A stretch of DNA of 64,000 nt from an uncultured Candidatus Saccharibacteria bacterium (GCA_964611205.1 CAZSZB010000003.1:23764-87763), one strand, 5' to 3'; shown: positions 20,455-29,998, numbered from the stretch's first letter. Translations and numbers: made by a program. The notes: a model not told the origin generated them from the sequence alone.

Positions 20455-20459
20455 CTAAT

Positions 20460-20552
20460 TCGTTCTCTTGGGGCAGGTTTCTTCTGCCCGTCTGATCTAT
20501 TTTAAATATTCCATAAAATAAAAAAGCACCCAGCTTAGGGTGTAATTATTTT
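20460..20552 (+). ncRNA. candidate short sRNA (promoter to rho-independent terminator, about 90 nt)
   Basis: Strong promoter upstream and internal hairpin gggcag..ctgccc, ending in a cacccagcttagggtg hairpin and T-run. No ORF present. Confidence 0.2.
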
Positions 20553-20569
20553 GCATTGGTTATTATTTT

Positions 20570-20700
20570 CAGTGTATAACCCTCTAAACAACAAAAGGCT
20601 GCTCTGCGAGGATCTCATGGTGCTCATCATTGAATGAGTGAGCTGTGATTCTCCTTAGTACAGTATCCACTTCGTCCGCGAAGTTTTGCTTAGAGGGTTA
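20570..20700 (-). ncRNA. candidate structured RNA closed by a long-range stem, ending at the 20514-20552 terminator
   Basis: Inverted repeats gtataaccctctaa and ttagagggttat enclose internal hairpins. On the minus strand this is followed by cacccTAAGCTgggtg plus a T-run. It lies between convergent genes. The RNA class is unidentified. Confidence 0.2.
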
Positions 20701-20806
20701 TCTACTGAAAAAGGACTTTTCTTTAAATCGTTTTTGACTATAACATACAGAATAAAAAAACACCCTTGACCGGGTAGTTTTTTTATTCTTGAAATGAAAA
20801 AATAAA

Positions 20807-22537
20807 TTAAGTTAGACTTGGTGTGGTGTCAGAGTCAGTGTTTTCTTTTTCATCAGACTTCTGTTCGTGTCGTCCGTTAAATAAATCTACAACACGTTGT
20901 AGCTCGGTAAGAGACGTTATGCCTCTGATCACTTTATCTATTCCGTCTTCGGCCATAGTAGGGATGTTTTGTTTTTCGGCGGCTTCTAATATTACGTGTT
21001 CACGTGAGTCTTCTATGACTGCGGCTTCTACTTCTTTGTCCATACGAATGGCTTCAAAAACAGCCTCTCGTCCACTGAAACCTGTTTGGTTACAAGCATC
21101 ACAACCCTTAGCTTCAAATATATATAAATCTTTAGGTATGGTCGGAGTTTGCGGATGAGTTAATAGTATTGACTCTATCAAGCTTCTTTCTTCGGGGGTA
21201 GCCAACTTAGCTTCCTTACACTCGTTGCATAAAACTCGAACTAAGCGTTGTCCCAAAACCAGGTTTATAGACGAACCAATTATGTGATCTTGGATACCCA
21301 AATCTATCAAACGTGGGAAAGCCCCGACTGCACTATTGGTATGCAGGGTAGAGAAGACAAGGTGACCAGTCTGGGCCGCGTGAATAGCAGTTTCTGCTAC
21401 TTCACGATCACGAATCTCACCGATCATAATGATGTCCGGGTCTTGTCTGAGGATTGCTTTCAAACCAGTTTCAAAAGAGTAGCCTTCGGCTACTTGAGTC
21501 TGCACGATATTATCAAGTTTGTATTCAACTGGGTTTTCAACTGTAATAATTTTAACTCCTGGCTTGTGAACTTGTTGCAAAAAAGCGTAAAGGGCAGTAG
21601 TTTTTCCGGACCCGGTTGGACCAGTCGTTAGGATTAGTCCGTTTGGTCTTTGTAATTCTTCTTTTAGAACATCATAAAGAGCTTTGTTTAATCCTAATGA
21701 ATCCATTTTAAAACTGGCTACTGTTGGATCAAGTAAACGCATCACCATAGATTCTCCAGAGGCGCCAGGAATAATAGAAGATCGTACTTCAGTATCTTTA
21801 TCTTTAGTGTTGAAAGTAAAACGTCCGTCCTGAGCTTGATCTTTTATATTAAGGATCATGCCAGAGAGTAGTTTCAAGCGTGAGATTAGGCGTTCATAAA
21901 TACTTTTATCTAGGTCAACTATGTCGTGAAGAACTCCATCTAAACGGTAACGCAATCTGATGCTACCTTCTTCTGGTTCAATGTGAATGTCTGAAGCATT
22001 CAGAGCTAAAGCTCCAGCCAGAATAGCCTCTAGAGTTTCTGAAATCCGGCGGGCGTTGTTAAGGGTTTTGATATTAGTGAGATAGTTGGAAACAGCTTCG
22101 GGAGTTTTTAATTTTTTAGTTTGCTCGCTAATATTGTTGGTATCAATATCAAGGGCACCGTATTTTACGGCAGTGGTATCTTTTTGGTCTTTATAACGCT
22201 GCCAGCCGTGCTCTAAGCTATTGGTGGAGGTCATAAAAATATTAATTTCATAACCTTTATCCCTTAAATCGTTGAGAACCGCTTGGGTTTTTTGATTGTT
22301 GGGATTACGGATAGCTACCGATAAATTTTTGCGGTTAGTTTCAAAAGCTATCATATTAGCTTCCTGAGCTGTTACTTCAGGAATAGTTTTTAAGGCTGAA
22401 GGATTTATATAAGCACCGCGTAAATCAATAAATTCGTAACCATATTGATTGGAGAGGGAACGAATCAAACCTTCCTCCTCAAGACGGCGGAGTTGCTTTA
22501 ATTTGTCTTCATCAAAAGTATCATCGAATTGAACCAT
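20807..22537 (-). CDS. pilB: type IV pilus assembly ATPase PilB (GspE family)
   Basis: Walker A TGPTGSGKTT, Asp and His boxes, and a CxxC tetracysteine motif (CNECK..CDACNQTG). Confidence 0.9.
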   Translation of the reverse strand: MVQFDDTFDEDKLKQLRRLEEEGLIRSLSNQYGYEFIDLRGAYINPSALKTIPEVTAQEANMIAFETNRKNLSVAIRNPNNQKTQAVLNDLRDKGYEINIFMTSTNSLEHGWQRYKDQKDTTAVKYGALDIDTNNISEQTKKLKTPEAVSNYLTNIKTLNNARRISETLEAILAGALALNASDIHIEPEEGSIRLRYRLDGVLHDIVDLDKSIYERLISRLKLLSGMILNIKDQAQDGRFTFNTKDKDTEVRSSIIPGASGESMVMRLLDPTVASFKMDSLGLNKALYDVLKEELQRPNGLILTTGPTGSGKTTALYAFLQQVHKPGVKIITVENPVEYKLDNIVQTQVAEGYSFETGLKAILRQDPDIIMIGEIRDREVAETAIHAAQTGHLVFSTLHTNSAVGAFPRLIDLGIQDHIIGSSINLVLGQRLVRVLCNECKEAKLATPEERSLIESILLTHPQTPTIPKDLYIFEAKGCDACNQTGFSGREAVFEAIRMDKEVEAAVIEDSREHVILEAAEKQNIPTMAEDGIDKVIRGITSLTELQRVVDLFNGRHEQKSDEKENTDSDTTPSLT

Positions 22538-22572
22538 ATTAGGATGTATTTCATTTATTGTAGCAGGTTGGT

Positions 22573-22599
22573 GGCGGGAAAAGCTGTGCTTTTCCCGCC
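22573..22599. promoter_or_regulatory. 12-bp perfect GC-rich stem-loop in pilB/tsaE divergent intergenic region
   Basis: ggcgggaaaagc-tgt-gcttttcccgcc. Confidence 0.3.
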
Positions 22600-22630
22600 T
22601 TGGTCTTAAAATGTTAGAATAAGAATAATT

Positions 22631-23071
22631 ATGAAATGGGAACTTACCACAATTGTTGATTTAGAAATTGTCGTCAAAGCAGTCTTAGAAAAATTAGAAA
22701 AAAATCTAGAGCTTGAGCAAGCAACTGTTTTAGCTCTGCACGGTGATCTTGGAGCCGGTAAGACTACTTTTATGCAGACTTTGGCTCGACATCTTAAGGT
22801 TACAGAAACAGTCACCAGCCCGACGTTTGTGGTGATGAAGATTTATGATCTGTATGATCAGTCTTGGGATAAGTTAATCCACATAGATGCGTACCGGATT
22901 GAGGAAGTTGACGAGATGCGACCTTTGGGGTTTGACGAACTCTTAAAAAGAAAAGGTACTATTATAGGTATTGAATGGGCTGAAAAAATTGAGTCTTTAT
23001 TACCTAAAAATACAGTCCATCTTAATTTCTCAGTAGCAGGCAATCATCATCAGATCACTCTTCTTGAATAA
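22631..23071 (+). CDS. tsaE: tRNA t6A37 biosynthesis ATPase TsaE
   Basis: P-loop LHGDLGAGKTTF, an SPTF motif, and a DAYR..IEW tail. Confidence 0.8.
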   Translation: MKWELTTIVDLEIVVKAVLEKLEKNLELEQATVLALHGDLGAGKTTFMQTLARHLKVTETVTSPTFVVMKIYDLYDQSWDKLIHIDAYRIEEVDEMRPLGFDELLKRKGTIIGIEWAEKIESLLPKNTVHLNFSVAGNHHQITLLE

Positions 23072-25469
23072 AATGGTTACCAAAGATAAAAACAAAAAAA
23101 CTCTAGTCTTGTTAGATGCTCACGCTATATTGCATCGAGCTTATCATGCTTTACCAGACTTCACTTCACCGAGTGGTGAACCAACAGGAGCTCTTTATGG
23201 AGTGGTAGCAATGTTGCTAAAAATAGTAGAAGAAATAAAACCAGATTACATCGCAGCTTGTTATGACCTACCGGAGCCAACCTATCGACATGAAGCTTTT
23301 GCGGATTATAAAAATGGTCGCAGAAAAACTGATAATGAACTAGTAGAGCAAATAAACAGATCACGAGATATTTTTTCAGTTTTCGGTATTCGTATTTTTG
23401 AACAGCCAGGATTTGAGGCTGATGATATTTTAGGTACCATCGCTCACCAATTGAAAGACAATAAAGATCTGTCGGTCATTATTGCTTCTGGTGATATGGA
23501 TACGTTGCAGTGTGTAGATGGTAAAAGAGTACAAGTATATACACTGAAAAAAGGTATTAAAGATACCATTATGTATAACGAAAAAACGGTCAAGGATCGT
23601 TATGGGTTTCCTCCGAGTTTGGTACCAGACTACAAGGGTCTTCGGGGTGATCCATCAGATAATATTCCAGGCATACCGGGGATTGGAGAAAAGACCGCCA
23701 CTACTTTAATTACTGAATTTGGCAGTATTGATAATATCTATAAAAAACTGAAAAAATCAGAACAAACATTTTTAGATAAAGGTATTAAACCAAGAATCAT
23801 AAATCTTTTAAAAGAACATGAGGAGGAGGCTCAGTTCTCTAAAATGTTAGCGACTATTCGTATTGACGCTGATGTTACTTTTGAAATACCAGAACAGACA
23901 TGGCGTGAGAAGTTAGACATTGAGAAGATTATGAATCTATTTAGCGAGCTTGGTTTCCGTACTTTGTCTGCTCGGGTTAAAAATTTCCTAGCGGTCGAAG
24001 ATGATGTATCAATCGACCAAATAACAGCCAAGGTAAATGATAAGGATGTACAAGAGGCAGCTATCCTACTCTGGCTTTTAGAAAGTGAGCGAACTAATTC
24101 ATCTTATGAAGATATAGTCGATTACGGTCGATCCTATTTTAAGTTAAAAGATTTCTCTGAGATCCTTGAAAGATTGAAGGTGGAAACTAAAAAAGCCGGA
24201 GTTTATGATGTGTATGAAAAAATTGAAAAACCTCTTATTCCGGTTCTTAAAGAGGTAAATGATACGGGTGTAGTTTTAGATAAAAAATATTTAAAAAGTT
24301 TATCTGTAAAATTACATAAAGAATTAACTAAGCTCGAGAGTGCAATTTGGCAACAAGCTGGTGTTGAGTTTAATATCAACTCACCAAAACAAATGGGTGA
24401 TATCTTATTTGATAAATTAGCTTTAAAACCCAAAAATGCTAAAAAAACTACTGGCGGGCAGCGTTCTACGAGAGAGAGTGAATTAGAAAAAATGAAAGAT
24501 GATCACCCAATCATCGCCAAAATATTACGTTACCGGGAATTACAAAAATTACTTTCTACTTATATAGATAACCTACCGGAGATGGTTAGTGAGGATGGGC
24601 GGTTGCGGACTACCTTTATCCAAACCGGAACTGCGACTGGTCGGTTTTCTAGTAAGGAACCAAACTTACAAAATATACCAGCTCGAAGCGAGGAGGGCAG
24701 GGCTATTAGAAGAGCTTTTGTGGCAGCACCTGGTTATAAGCTAGTAGCCATAGATTATTCTCAGATAGAGCTAAGAATTGCCGCAATCCTATCAGGAGAT
24801 GAAAAAATGATTGATATCTTTAAAAATAAAGAAGACGTTCACGCAGGTGTTGCCGCCCGAGTATTTGCCGTAGAGCAATCGGCAGTAACTCCCGATATGC
24901 GTCGCCAGGCTAAGGTAATTAATTTTGGCATTCTTTATGGTATGGGAGTTAATGCTTTGCGGAGTAATTTAGGAGCAGAGACAACCAGGGAAGAAGCACA
25001 GGAATTTTTAAATGCCTACTTCAATACCTTCACTCGATTAGCTGAGTATTTAGAAGAGACTAAAGAATTTGCCCGAACCAATGGCTACACAGAGACGATG
25101 TTTGGTAGGAGGCGACAATTTCCGAGTATTTCTTCTCGGATACCATTTATGAGAGCAGCCGCTGAAAGGATGGCAATCAATGCTCCGGTTCAAGGAACAG
25201 AAGGTGATATTTTGAGGATTGCTATGGTTGATATACATAATTATGTCGCTAAGAACAAACTGGTTGGTGATGTAAAAATGTTACTTCAAGTACATGATGA
25301 ATTAGTTTTTGAGATTAAGGAAGAAAAAATGTCAGAAGTAATACCAGAGATTAAAAAGATCATGGAGGGCGTACTCACTAGCTGGAAGAAGGATAGTAAA
25401 GGGGTACCGATTTCGACAGATATTAAAGTTGGACATAATTGGCAGGAAATGACCCCTTGGGAAAAATAG
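23064..25469 (+). CDS. polA: DNA polymerase I (5'-3' exonuclease + polymerase domains)
   Basis: FEN-like N-terminus. Polymerase motif A DYSQIELR, motif B RRQAKVINFGILYG and motif C QVHDELVFE are present. Confidence 0.9.
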   Translation: MNKMVTKDKNKKTLVLLDAHAILHRAYHALPDFTSPSGEPTGALYGVVAMLLKIVEEIKPDYIAACYDLPEPTYRHEAFADYKNGRRKTDNELVEQINRSRDIFSVFGIRIFEQPGFEADDILGTIAHQLKDNKDLSVIIASGDMDTLQCVDGKRVQVYTLKKGIKDTIMYNEKTVKDRYGFPPSLVPDYKGLRGDPSDNIPGIPGIGEKTATTLITEFGSIDNIYKKLKKSEQTFLDKGIKPRIINLLKEHEEEAQFSKMLATIRIDADVTFEIPEQTWREKLDIEKIMNLFSELGFRTLSARVKNFLAVEDDVSIDQITAKVNDKDVQEAAILLWLLESERTNSSYEDIVDYGRSYFKLKDFSEILERLKVETKKAGVYDVYEKIEKPLIPVLKEVNDTGVVLDKKYLKSLSVKLHKELTKLESAIWQQAGVEFNINSPKQMGDILFDKLALKPKNAKKTTGGQRSTRESELEKMKDDHPIIAKILRYRELQKLLSTYIDNLPEMVSEDGRLRTTFIQTGTATGRFSSKEPNLQNIPARSEEGRAIRRAFVAAPGYKLVAIDYSQIELRIAAILSGDEKMIDIFKNKEDVHAGVAARVFAVEQSAVTPDMRRQAKVINFGILYGMGVNALRSNLGAETTREEAQEFLNAYFNTFTRLAEYLEETKEFARTNGYTETMFGRRRQFPSISSRIPFMRAAAERMAINAPVQGTEGDILRIAMVDIHNYVAKNKLVGDVKMLLQVHDELVFEIKEEKMSEVIPEIKKIMEGVLTSWKKDSKGVPISTDIKVGHNWQEMTPWEK

Positions 25470-25470
25470 T

Positions 25471-26172
25471 ATGCTCAAGGTTTATTTTGGTAATGATACG
25501 GTAAAGGTTAGACAAGCAGCTTTTGCTTTGGTTGCGAAGAAGGAGTTAGCAGGAGCAACTATAGTAACGATTGATGAGGATAGTTTTGCGCCGGGAATAG
25601 TGCCAAGTGCTGCCAGCACAGCTTCTCTTTTTGCTGGTGAAGAAATCTATGTATTGGACACACCTAGCAGTAATGAAGAGTTTGCCCAAGAGGTAAGGGA
25701 TAGTCTAAGTGCCCTGCATGAGTCAAACAACCTTTTTATTTTAATTGAGAATAGCTTATTGGCTCCCGAGAAGAAAAAGATAGAAAAAGCAGCAGATAGC
25801 ATAGAAGAATTTAAGGGAGGGCCGGCCGAAAGATTTGATGTTTTTGCTTTTGCTGACTTACTCGCTAGACGTGATAAGCGTTCGCTTTGGGTACATCTGC
25901 AATCAGCTCGAGTAAAAGAAATACCAGCTGAAGAAATTATTGGTATTTTGTGGTGGCAACTAAAAACTTTGCGTTTAGCAACTTTGGTAGCAAATGCTGA
26001 AGAGGCAGGGATGAAAGATTTTTCTTTTAATAAGGCTAAGCAGGCGTTAGGTAAATTCAAGACAGGAGAACTAGAGAGCCTTTCTCAACAGTTACTGGCT
26101 GTTTATCATGATGGCCACGGTGGTATTAGAGATATAGACTTGGCTTTAGAAAAGTGGGTCTTGACTATATAA
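25471..26172 (+). CDS. hypothetical; weak resemblance to DNA polymerase III delta (HolA) but short
   Basis: 233 aa translationally coupled to polA. The N-terminal pattern is HolA-like. The assignment is uncertain. Confidence 0.3.
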   Translation: MLKVYFGNDTVKVRQAAFALVAKKELAGATIVTIDEDSFAPGIVPSAASTASLFAGEEIYVLDTPSSNEEFAQEVRDSLSALHESNNLFILIENSLLAPEKKKIEKAADSIEEFKGGPAERFDVFAFADLLARRDKRSLWVHLQSARVKEIPAEEIIGILWWQLKTLRLATLVANAEEAGMKDFSFNKAKQALGKFKTGELESLSQQLLAVYHDGHGGIRDIDLALEKWVLTI

Positions 26173-26179
26173 GGTCAAT

Positions 26180-26220
26180 AAAATACAACTACTCCAGTTA
26201 ACTGAAGTAGTTGTATTTTA
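26180..26220. terminator. hairpin aaaatacaactactccagttaactgaagtagttgtatttt
   Basis: Perfect inverted repeat with a flanking T-run. Confidence 0.5.
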
Positions 26221-26319
26221 TAGAGGGTCTCGATTTTTTTGTGGTATGTGTTATATTTTGGCAACTTTTATAGGTTTTTATAAAAGTTATAACTTTATAT
26301 TGTTATAGTATTAAGTACA

Positions 26320-26393
26320 TCCGCCTATAGCTCAGATGGTAGAGCAGAGGACTTTTAATCCTTGTGTCCCAGGTTCGAGTCCTGGTGGGCGGA
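26320..26393 (+). tRNA. tRNA-Lys (anticodon TTT), no encoded CCA
   Basis: Hand-folded: acceptor UCCGCCU/GGGCGGA, D-arm AGCUCAGAUGGUAGAGC, anticodon loop CUUUUAA, and a GGTTCGAGTCC T-loop. Confidence 0.9.
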
Positions 26394-26522
26394 CAAAATA
26401 AAGGAAAGAAAAGCGAATACTTGGAGTTTTTAGTGACTATTATTTTGCAACCAACAGGACTCGAAAAGGTTGCCTACGATTTTGACGAAGGAAAAATCGT
26501 GACAACCTGTACAGAATATGTA

Positions 26523-26544
26523 ATATTCGAGTCCTGGTGGGCGG
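26523..26544 (+). repeat. 21-bp exact duplicate of the tRNA-Lys 3' end (ttcgagtcctggtgggcggac)
   Basis: Identical to 26372-26393, 130 bp downstream of the gene. This is an att-site-like footprint. Confidence 0.7.
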
Positions 26545-26763
26545 ACTCGGGTAAGAAAAAAGAAGATGTTTAAACATCTTCTTTTTTCTTAGTTCCTGAC
26601 TGGTGTCAGGAACGGCTCGAGTCCGAGGCGGAGCGTTGTGAGGTGAGAAAGTACCAAAGTACTTTCGCAAGACTTTTTGTGATTTTTCATATGAAAAATC
26701 CAAAAGGTTTACCGTTCCTGTAAGGAAGGACTCTGTCCCGTCCCGACGAACCGCGAGCCGGGG

Positions 26764-26818
26764 TCGAGAGTACTTAGTATAATTTATATTAAATATAAAT
26801 TATACTTAGTAACTCGTG
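26764..26818. repeat. tRNA-associated MITE-like element copy (inverted orientation), itself a near-perfect palindrome
   Basis: The termini tcgagagtacttagta and tacttagtaactcgtg match the copies at 30158-30215 and 63166-63221. Confidence 0.6.
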
Positions 26819-27062
26819 ACGACAAGTCTAGAATATGTAATATTCGAGTTCCTCTACAGAACCTGTAAACAAGTTTCCTAAAACTGCATTCGTATTACAT
26901 TTATAAGTGAAACTTCTAAATAAATACTCACTTGTTTCAGTAGAGTTCAAGAGTGCTTAGTTGTGACGACAAGTCCAGAACCAAAGTTAGAGACCTGGTC
27001 TCTAAGACCTACCTAACTTCCTTGAGTCAAAAGTCTAAGTGTCTGTTAAAATTGTATAGAAT

Positions 27063-27563
27063 TTGCAAATTATGAACGATATCCAGATTATTCTCGATAA
27101 TATACGAAGTGCCCACAATGTGGGCTCTATTTTTCGTACCAGTGATGGCGCTGGGGTATCTAAGATATATTTAGTTGGCTCTACACCTACTCCGGTCGAC
27201 CGGTTTGGTCGAGTTCAAGCGGAAATAAAAAAGACTTCTTTAGGAGCTAGCGAGAGCGTGGCCTTCGAACATATTGGGGAAGCTAGTAGCAAGTCGAGTG
27301 CTGCAGCAGTTAAACTTATTGTTCGATTGAAAGCCGAGGGTTACACCATCGTAGCAGTCGAGCAAGTAAAAAATAGTATTCTCCTACCAGATTTTGTCGT
27401 ACCAGATAAGGTTGTTTATATTTTTGGAGCTGAAGTAGATGGAGTGGGGCCAGAGCTTATAGCGACGGCTGATTGTGTTGTAGAAATACCAATGGCCGGA
27501 ATCAAAGAATCTTTAAATGTTTCAGTCACAGCCGGTATAGTTTTGTTCCATAAACACAAATAA
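27063..27563 (+). CDS. SpoU/TrmH-class RNA 2'-O-methyltransferase
   Basis: SPOUT motifs: an AHNVGSIFRTSDGAG segment, an IVAVEQ segment, and a VVYIFGAEVDGV..EIPMAGIKESLNVSVTAGIVL tail. Confidence 0.75.
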   Translation: MQIMNDIQIILDNIRSAHNVGSIFRTSDGAGVSKIYLVGSTPTPVDRFGRVQAEIKKTSLGASESVAFEHIGEASSKSSAAAVKLIVRLKAEGYTIVAVEQVKNSILLPDFVVPDKVVYIFGAEVDGVGPELIATADCVVEIPMAGIKESLNVSVTAGIVLFHKHK

Positions 27564-27594
27564 TAAGTACTGTGATTAATCACAGTAGTAAAAC

Positions 27595-27637
27595 AAAATC
27601 CCCCAGAGATTAAAATCTCTGGGGGATTTTGTTTTTT
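27595..27637. terminator. bidirectional hairpin aaaatcccccagagatt..aatctctgggggatttt
   Basis: Perfect stem with T-runs on both sides, between the convergent trmH-like gene and murE. Confidence 0.6.
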
Positions 27638-27653
27638 AGAAGACTTAAACTAG

Positions 27654-28949
27654 TTAAGATTTTTTTGGTAGATCAGCCAATTCCTTCTTTACCACCTCGG
27701 CGTCACTCCAGGGTTGTCTGGTGTTATGAGGGCCCATTATATAAGGATCGGTACCCTTACCAGAAACAATAACATAACCACCTTCTTCAGCTTTTTCAAT
27801 CGCAGTTCTTATCGCCAATCTACGATCCATAATAATTTCAAACTTACTCTTATCTTCTATTCCTTTGGCCATTTGCTCGACAATTTTACGTGGGTTTTCA
27901 TCATACGGATCTTCGTTAGTGAGGATCACATAATCACAGTGTTCTTCGGCAATATGAGCCATAACTGGTCTCTTCCATGAGTCGCGTCCACCACCACAAT
28001 TACCCAGTACAGCTATCTTAGGAATACCTTTAAAGGCACCGTATAACTTAGTGAGGGAGTCAGGTGTATGAGCATAGTCCACAACTCCAGTTACGTATTT
28101 TTGAGTTTCGCGATCACTAGTAAAATGCTCAACTCGACCTTTGATAGGCGGTAGGGAACGCAGGGCTTTTTCAATTGTTCGTAATTGTACGCCGAGAGCT
28201 CGAGTTAGAGTAATAGCAGCTAACGCATTATAGACGTTGAAAAGTCCCACCAAAGGAACTCTGATTGTTACTTGTTCGTCGCCATCGTTGAAAATAAGTC
28301 CAGAACCGTCTTTGTGCAGAGTGTAGAGACTGAGATCTTTTAAACAGTATGGTAATTTTTCCTCCACCTTTATATTCAAAAAATCTTCACCATGCTCATC
28401 ATCGGTGTTGACTACGATGTAACGAGGTTGCTTGGCTGAATTTTCTAGTTGTTTAGCAATCTCTAATTTCGCTGCTTTGTATTTTTCGAAAGATCCGTGT
28501 GATTCAATATGTTCAGGAGTTAGATTGGTGAAAACTAAAGCATCCATTTCTATAAAACGATGGCGGAATTGTTTAGCTCCCTCGGATGTCATTTCGATAA
28601 CTGCGTGAGTACAGCCGATATCGACAGCTTTACGTAAAAAGTGTTGAACAAAGAAACGACCAGGTGTGGTCATTTTGTATAAGTTACGTTCGATGGTGTC
28701 TCCGTATTTAAATTGGATGGTAGAAAGAGAGGCTACTTTATGACCGTCAGTTTCCAAAATGGCCGCAATCATTTCAGTGACTGTAGATTTGCCTTTTGTC
28801 CCAGTAACAGCAATTACATTTATTTCTTTAGACGGACTACGGTAGATAAGGTTACCCAAGTATGCTAAAGCAAAGTGATATGGTGGGCGAATAGCCTTTA
28901 GAGCCGATTTGGGGAGTAGTTTTTTGATCCAATATAATATGGTGTCCAT
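27654..28949 (-). CDS. murE: Mur ligase family, MurE-like (UDP-MurNAc-tripeptide synthetase)
   Basis: P-loop AVTGTKGKST and a DYAHTPDSL motif. Confidence 0.65.
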   Translation of the reverse strand: MDTILYWIKKLLPKSALKAIRPPYHFALAYLGNLIYRSPSKEINVIAVTGTKGKSTVTEMIAAILETDGHKVASLSTIQFKYGDTIERNLYKMTTPGRFFVQHFLRKAVDIGCTHAVIEMTSEGAKQFRHRFIEMDALVFTNLTPEHIESHGSFEKYKAAKLEIAKQLENSAKQPRYIVVNTDDEHGEDFLNIKVEEKLPYCLKDLSLYTLHKDGSGLIFNDGDEQVTIRVPLVGLFNVYNALAAITLTRALGVQLRTIEKALRSLPPIKGRVEHFTSDRETQKYVTGVVDYAHTPDSLTKLYGAFKGIPKIAVLGNCGGGRDSWKRPVMAHIAEEHCDYVILTNEDPYDENPRKIVEQMAKGIEDKSKFEIIMDRRLAIRTAIEKAEEGGYVIVSGKGTDPYIMGPHNTRQPWSDAEVVKKELADLPKKS

Positions 28950-28997
28950 AGTTCTAGTATACGATAATAATTAAATTTAAGGGATTGAACTGGCTGG

Positions 28998-29585
28998 TTA
29001 ATTCTGGCCGAGTTCCTTCAGGATTACTTTTATAGCATCATTTACATTATCTATATCGTTTGGTAGTTGTTGTACCAGATTACGGGCTTCGCTTTGCGGG
29101 TAACCAAGAGAGACGAGAGCATCGATGGTGTCTGTCTGGAAACTAGTGATAATGGTGTTGGTGCTTCCATCAGTATGGTTTGCTATACCCAGGTTATCCA
29201 ATTTGTCTTTTAAGCCGAGAACAATTTTTTCAGCCGTTTTTTTTCCAATACCAGACATTTTTGAGAGGTGATTAGGATCATTGTTTAAAACTGCAATTTT
29301 AAGTAATTCAATATCTGCTTGATTCATTATTTGAGCAGCCGACTTAGGTCCTACTTTCGGCAAAGAAAGTAGTAATTCAAAAGTCTCTAATTCATCTAGG
29401 GTAAAAAAACCGTACAAGTCAGAGACCGTATCACGCAGTACGTGGTAAGTATGTAAGGTGATTTCAGCATCTATCTTGAACTGCTCTGTTCGGCTAACAT
29501 AAACCTGATAGCCGATACCATTATTATCAATAACAATATAGTTACTATTTAGGTGAGAGATTTTGCCTGTGATATGTCTAATCAT
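28998..29585 (-). CDS. ruvA: Holliday junction DNA helicase RuvA
   Basis: OB-fold N-terminus (MIRHITGKI..GIGYQVYVS), and HhH motifs LPKVGPKSAAQI and IGKKTAEKIV. Confidence 0.85.
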   Translation of the reverse strand: MIRHITGKISHLNSNYIVIDNNGIGYQVYVSRTEQFKIDAEITLHTYHVLRDTVSDLYGFFTLDELETFELLLSLPKVGPKSAAQIMNQADIELLKIAVLNNDPNHLSKMSGIGKKTAEKIVLGLKDKLDNLGIANHTDGSTNTIITSFQTDTIDALVSLGYPQSEARNLVQQLPNDIDNVNDAIKVILKELGQN

Positions 29586-29728
29586 AAATCTATTAGAGTT
29601 TAGTATACAACAGCTTATCTGATGACGTGTCTAGACATATTCATATATTGTAATTTGTTATAAGGACAATCCTCCAATCTTGCAATTTTTGATAGGTTAC
29701 GGTATAGTTGCGGCCACATAAAAACAAT

Positions 29729-29998
29729 ATGCCAATTACTACAGGAGCAAAAAAAGCCCACCGTTCGTCACTGAAAAAACGTATCTTTAATTTACGTCGA
29801 CGACGTGATATGAACGAGTCTGTTAAAGCAGTACAGAAACTTATTGCCTCTGGCGCAACAGCTGAAGCTGAAAAAATGATGCCAGAAGTATATAAGGTTA
29901 TCGATAAAGCCGCTAAGCGGGGAGTTATTAAAGACAATACAGCTGACCGCAAAAAATCACGATTAATGATTGCTATTGCAAAAACCAAGACTAAATAA
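29729..29998 (+). CDS. rpsT: 30S ribosomal protein S20
   Basis: MPITTGAKKAHRSSLKKRIFNLRRRR... is a basic helical protein of about 89 aa. The start is trimmed to the internal Met. Confidence 0.75.
   Translation: MPITTGAKKAHRSSLKKRIFNLRRRRDMNESVKAVQKLIASGATAEAEKMMPEVYKVIDKAAKRGVIKDNTADRKKSRLMIAIAKTKTK

Noticed and set aside
20585-20690. 33-codon ORF (MMSTMRSS...) inside the candidate structured RNA
   Set aside because: There is no Shine-Dalgarno at a functional distance. The region is better explained by RNA secondary structure.
26364-26573. 69-aa ORF overlapping tRNA-Lys and its 3'-end duplicate
   Set aside because: It runs through a tRNA gene and the att-like repeat, with no RBS. It is an artefact of the open frame.
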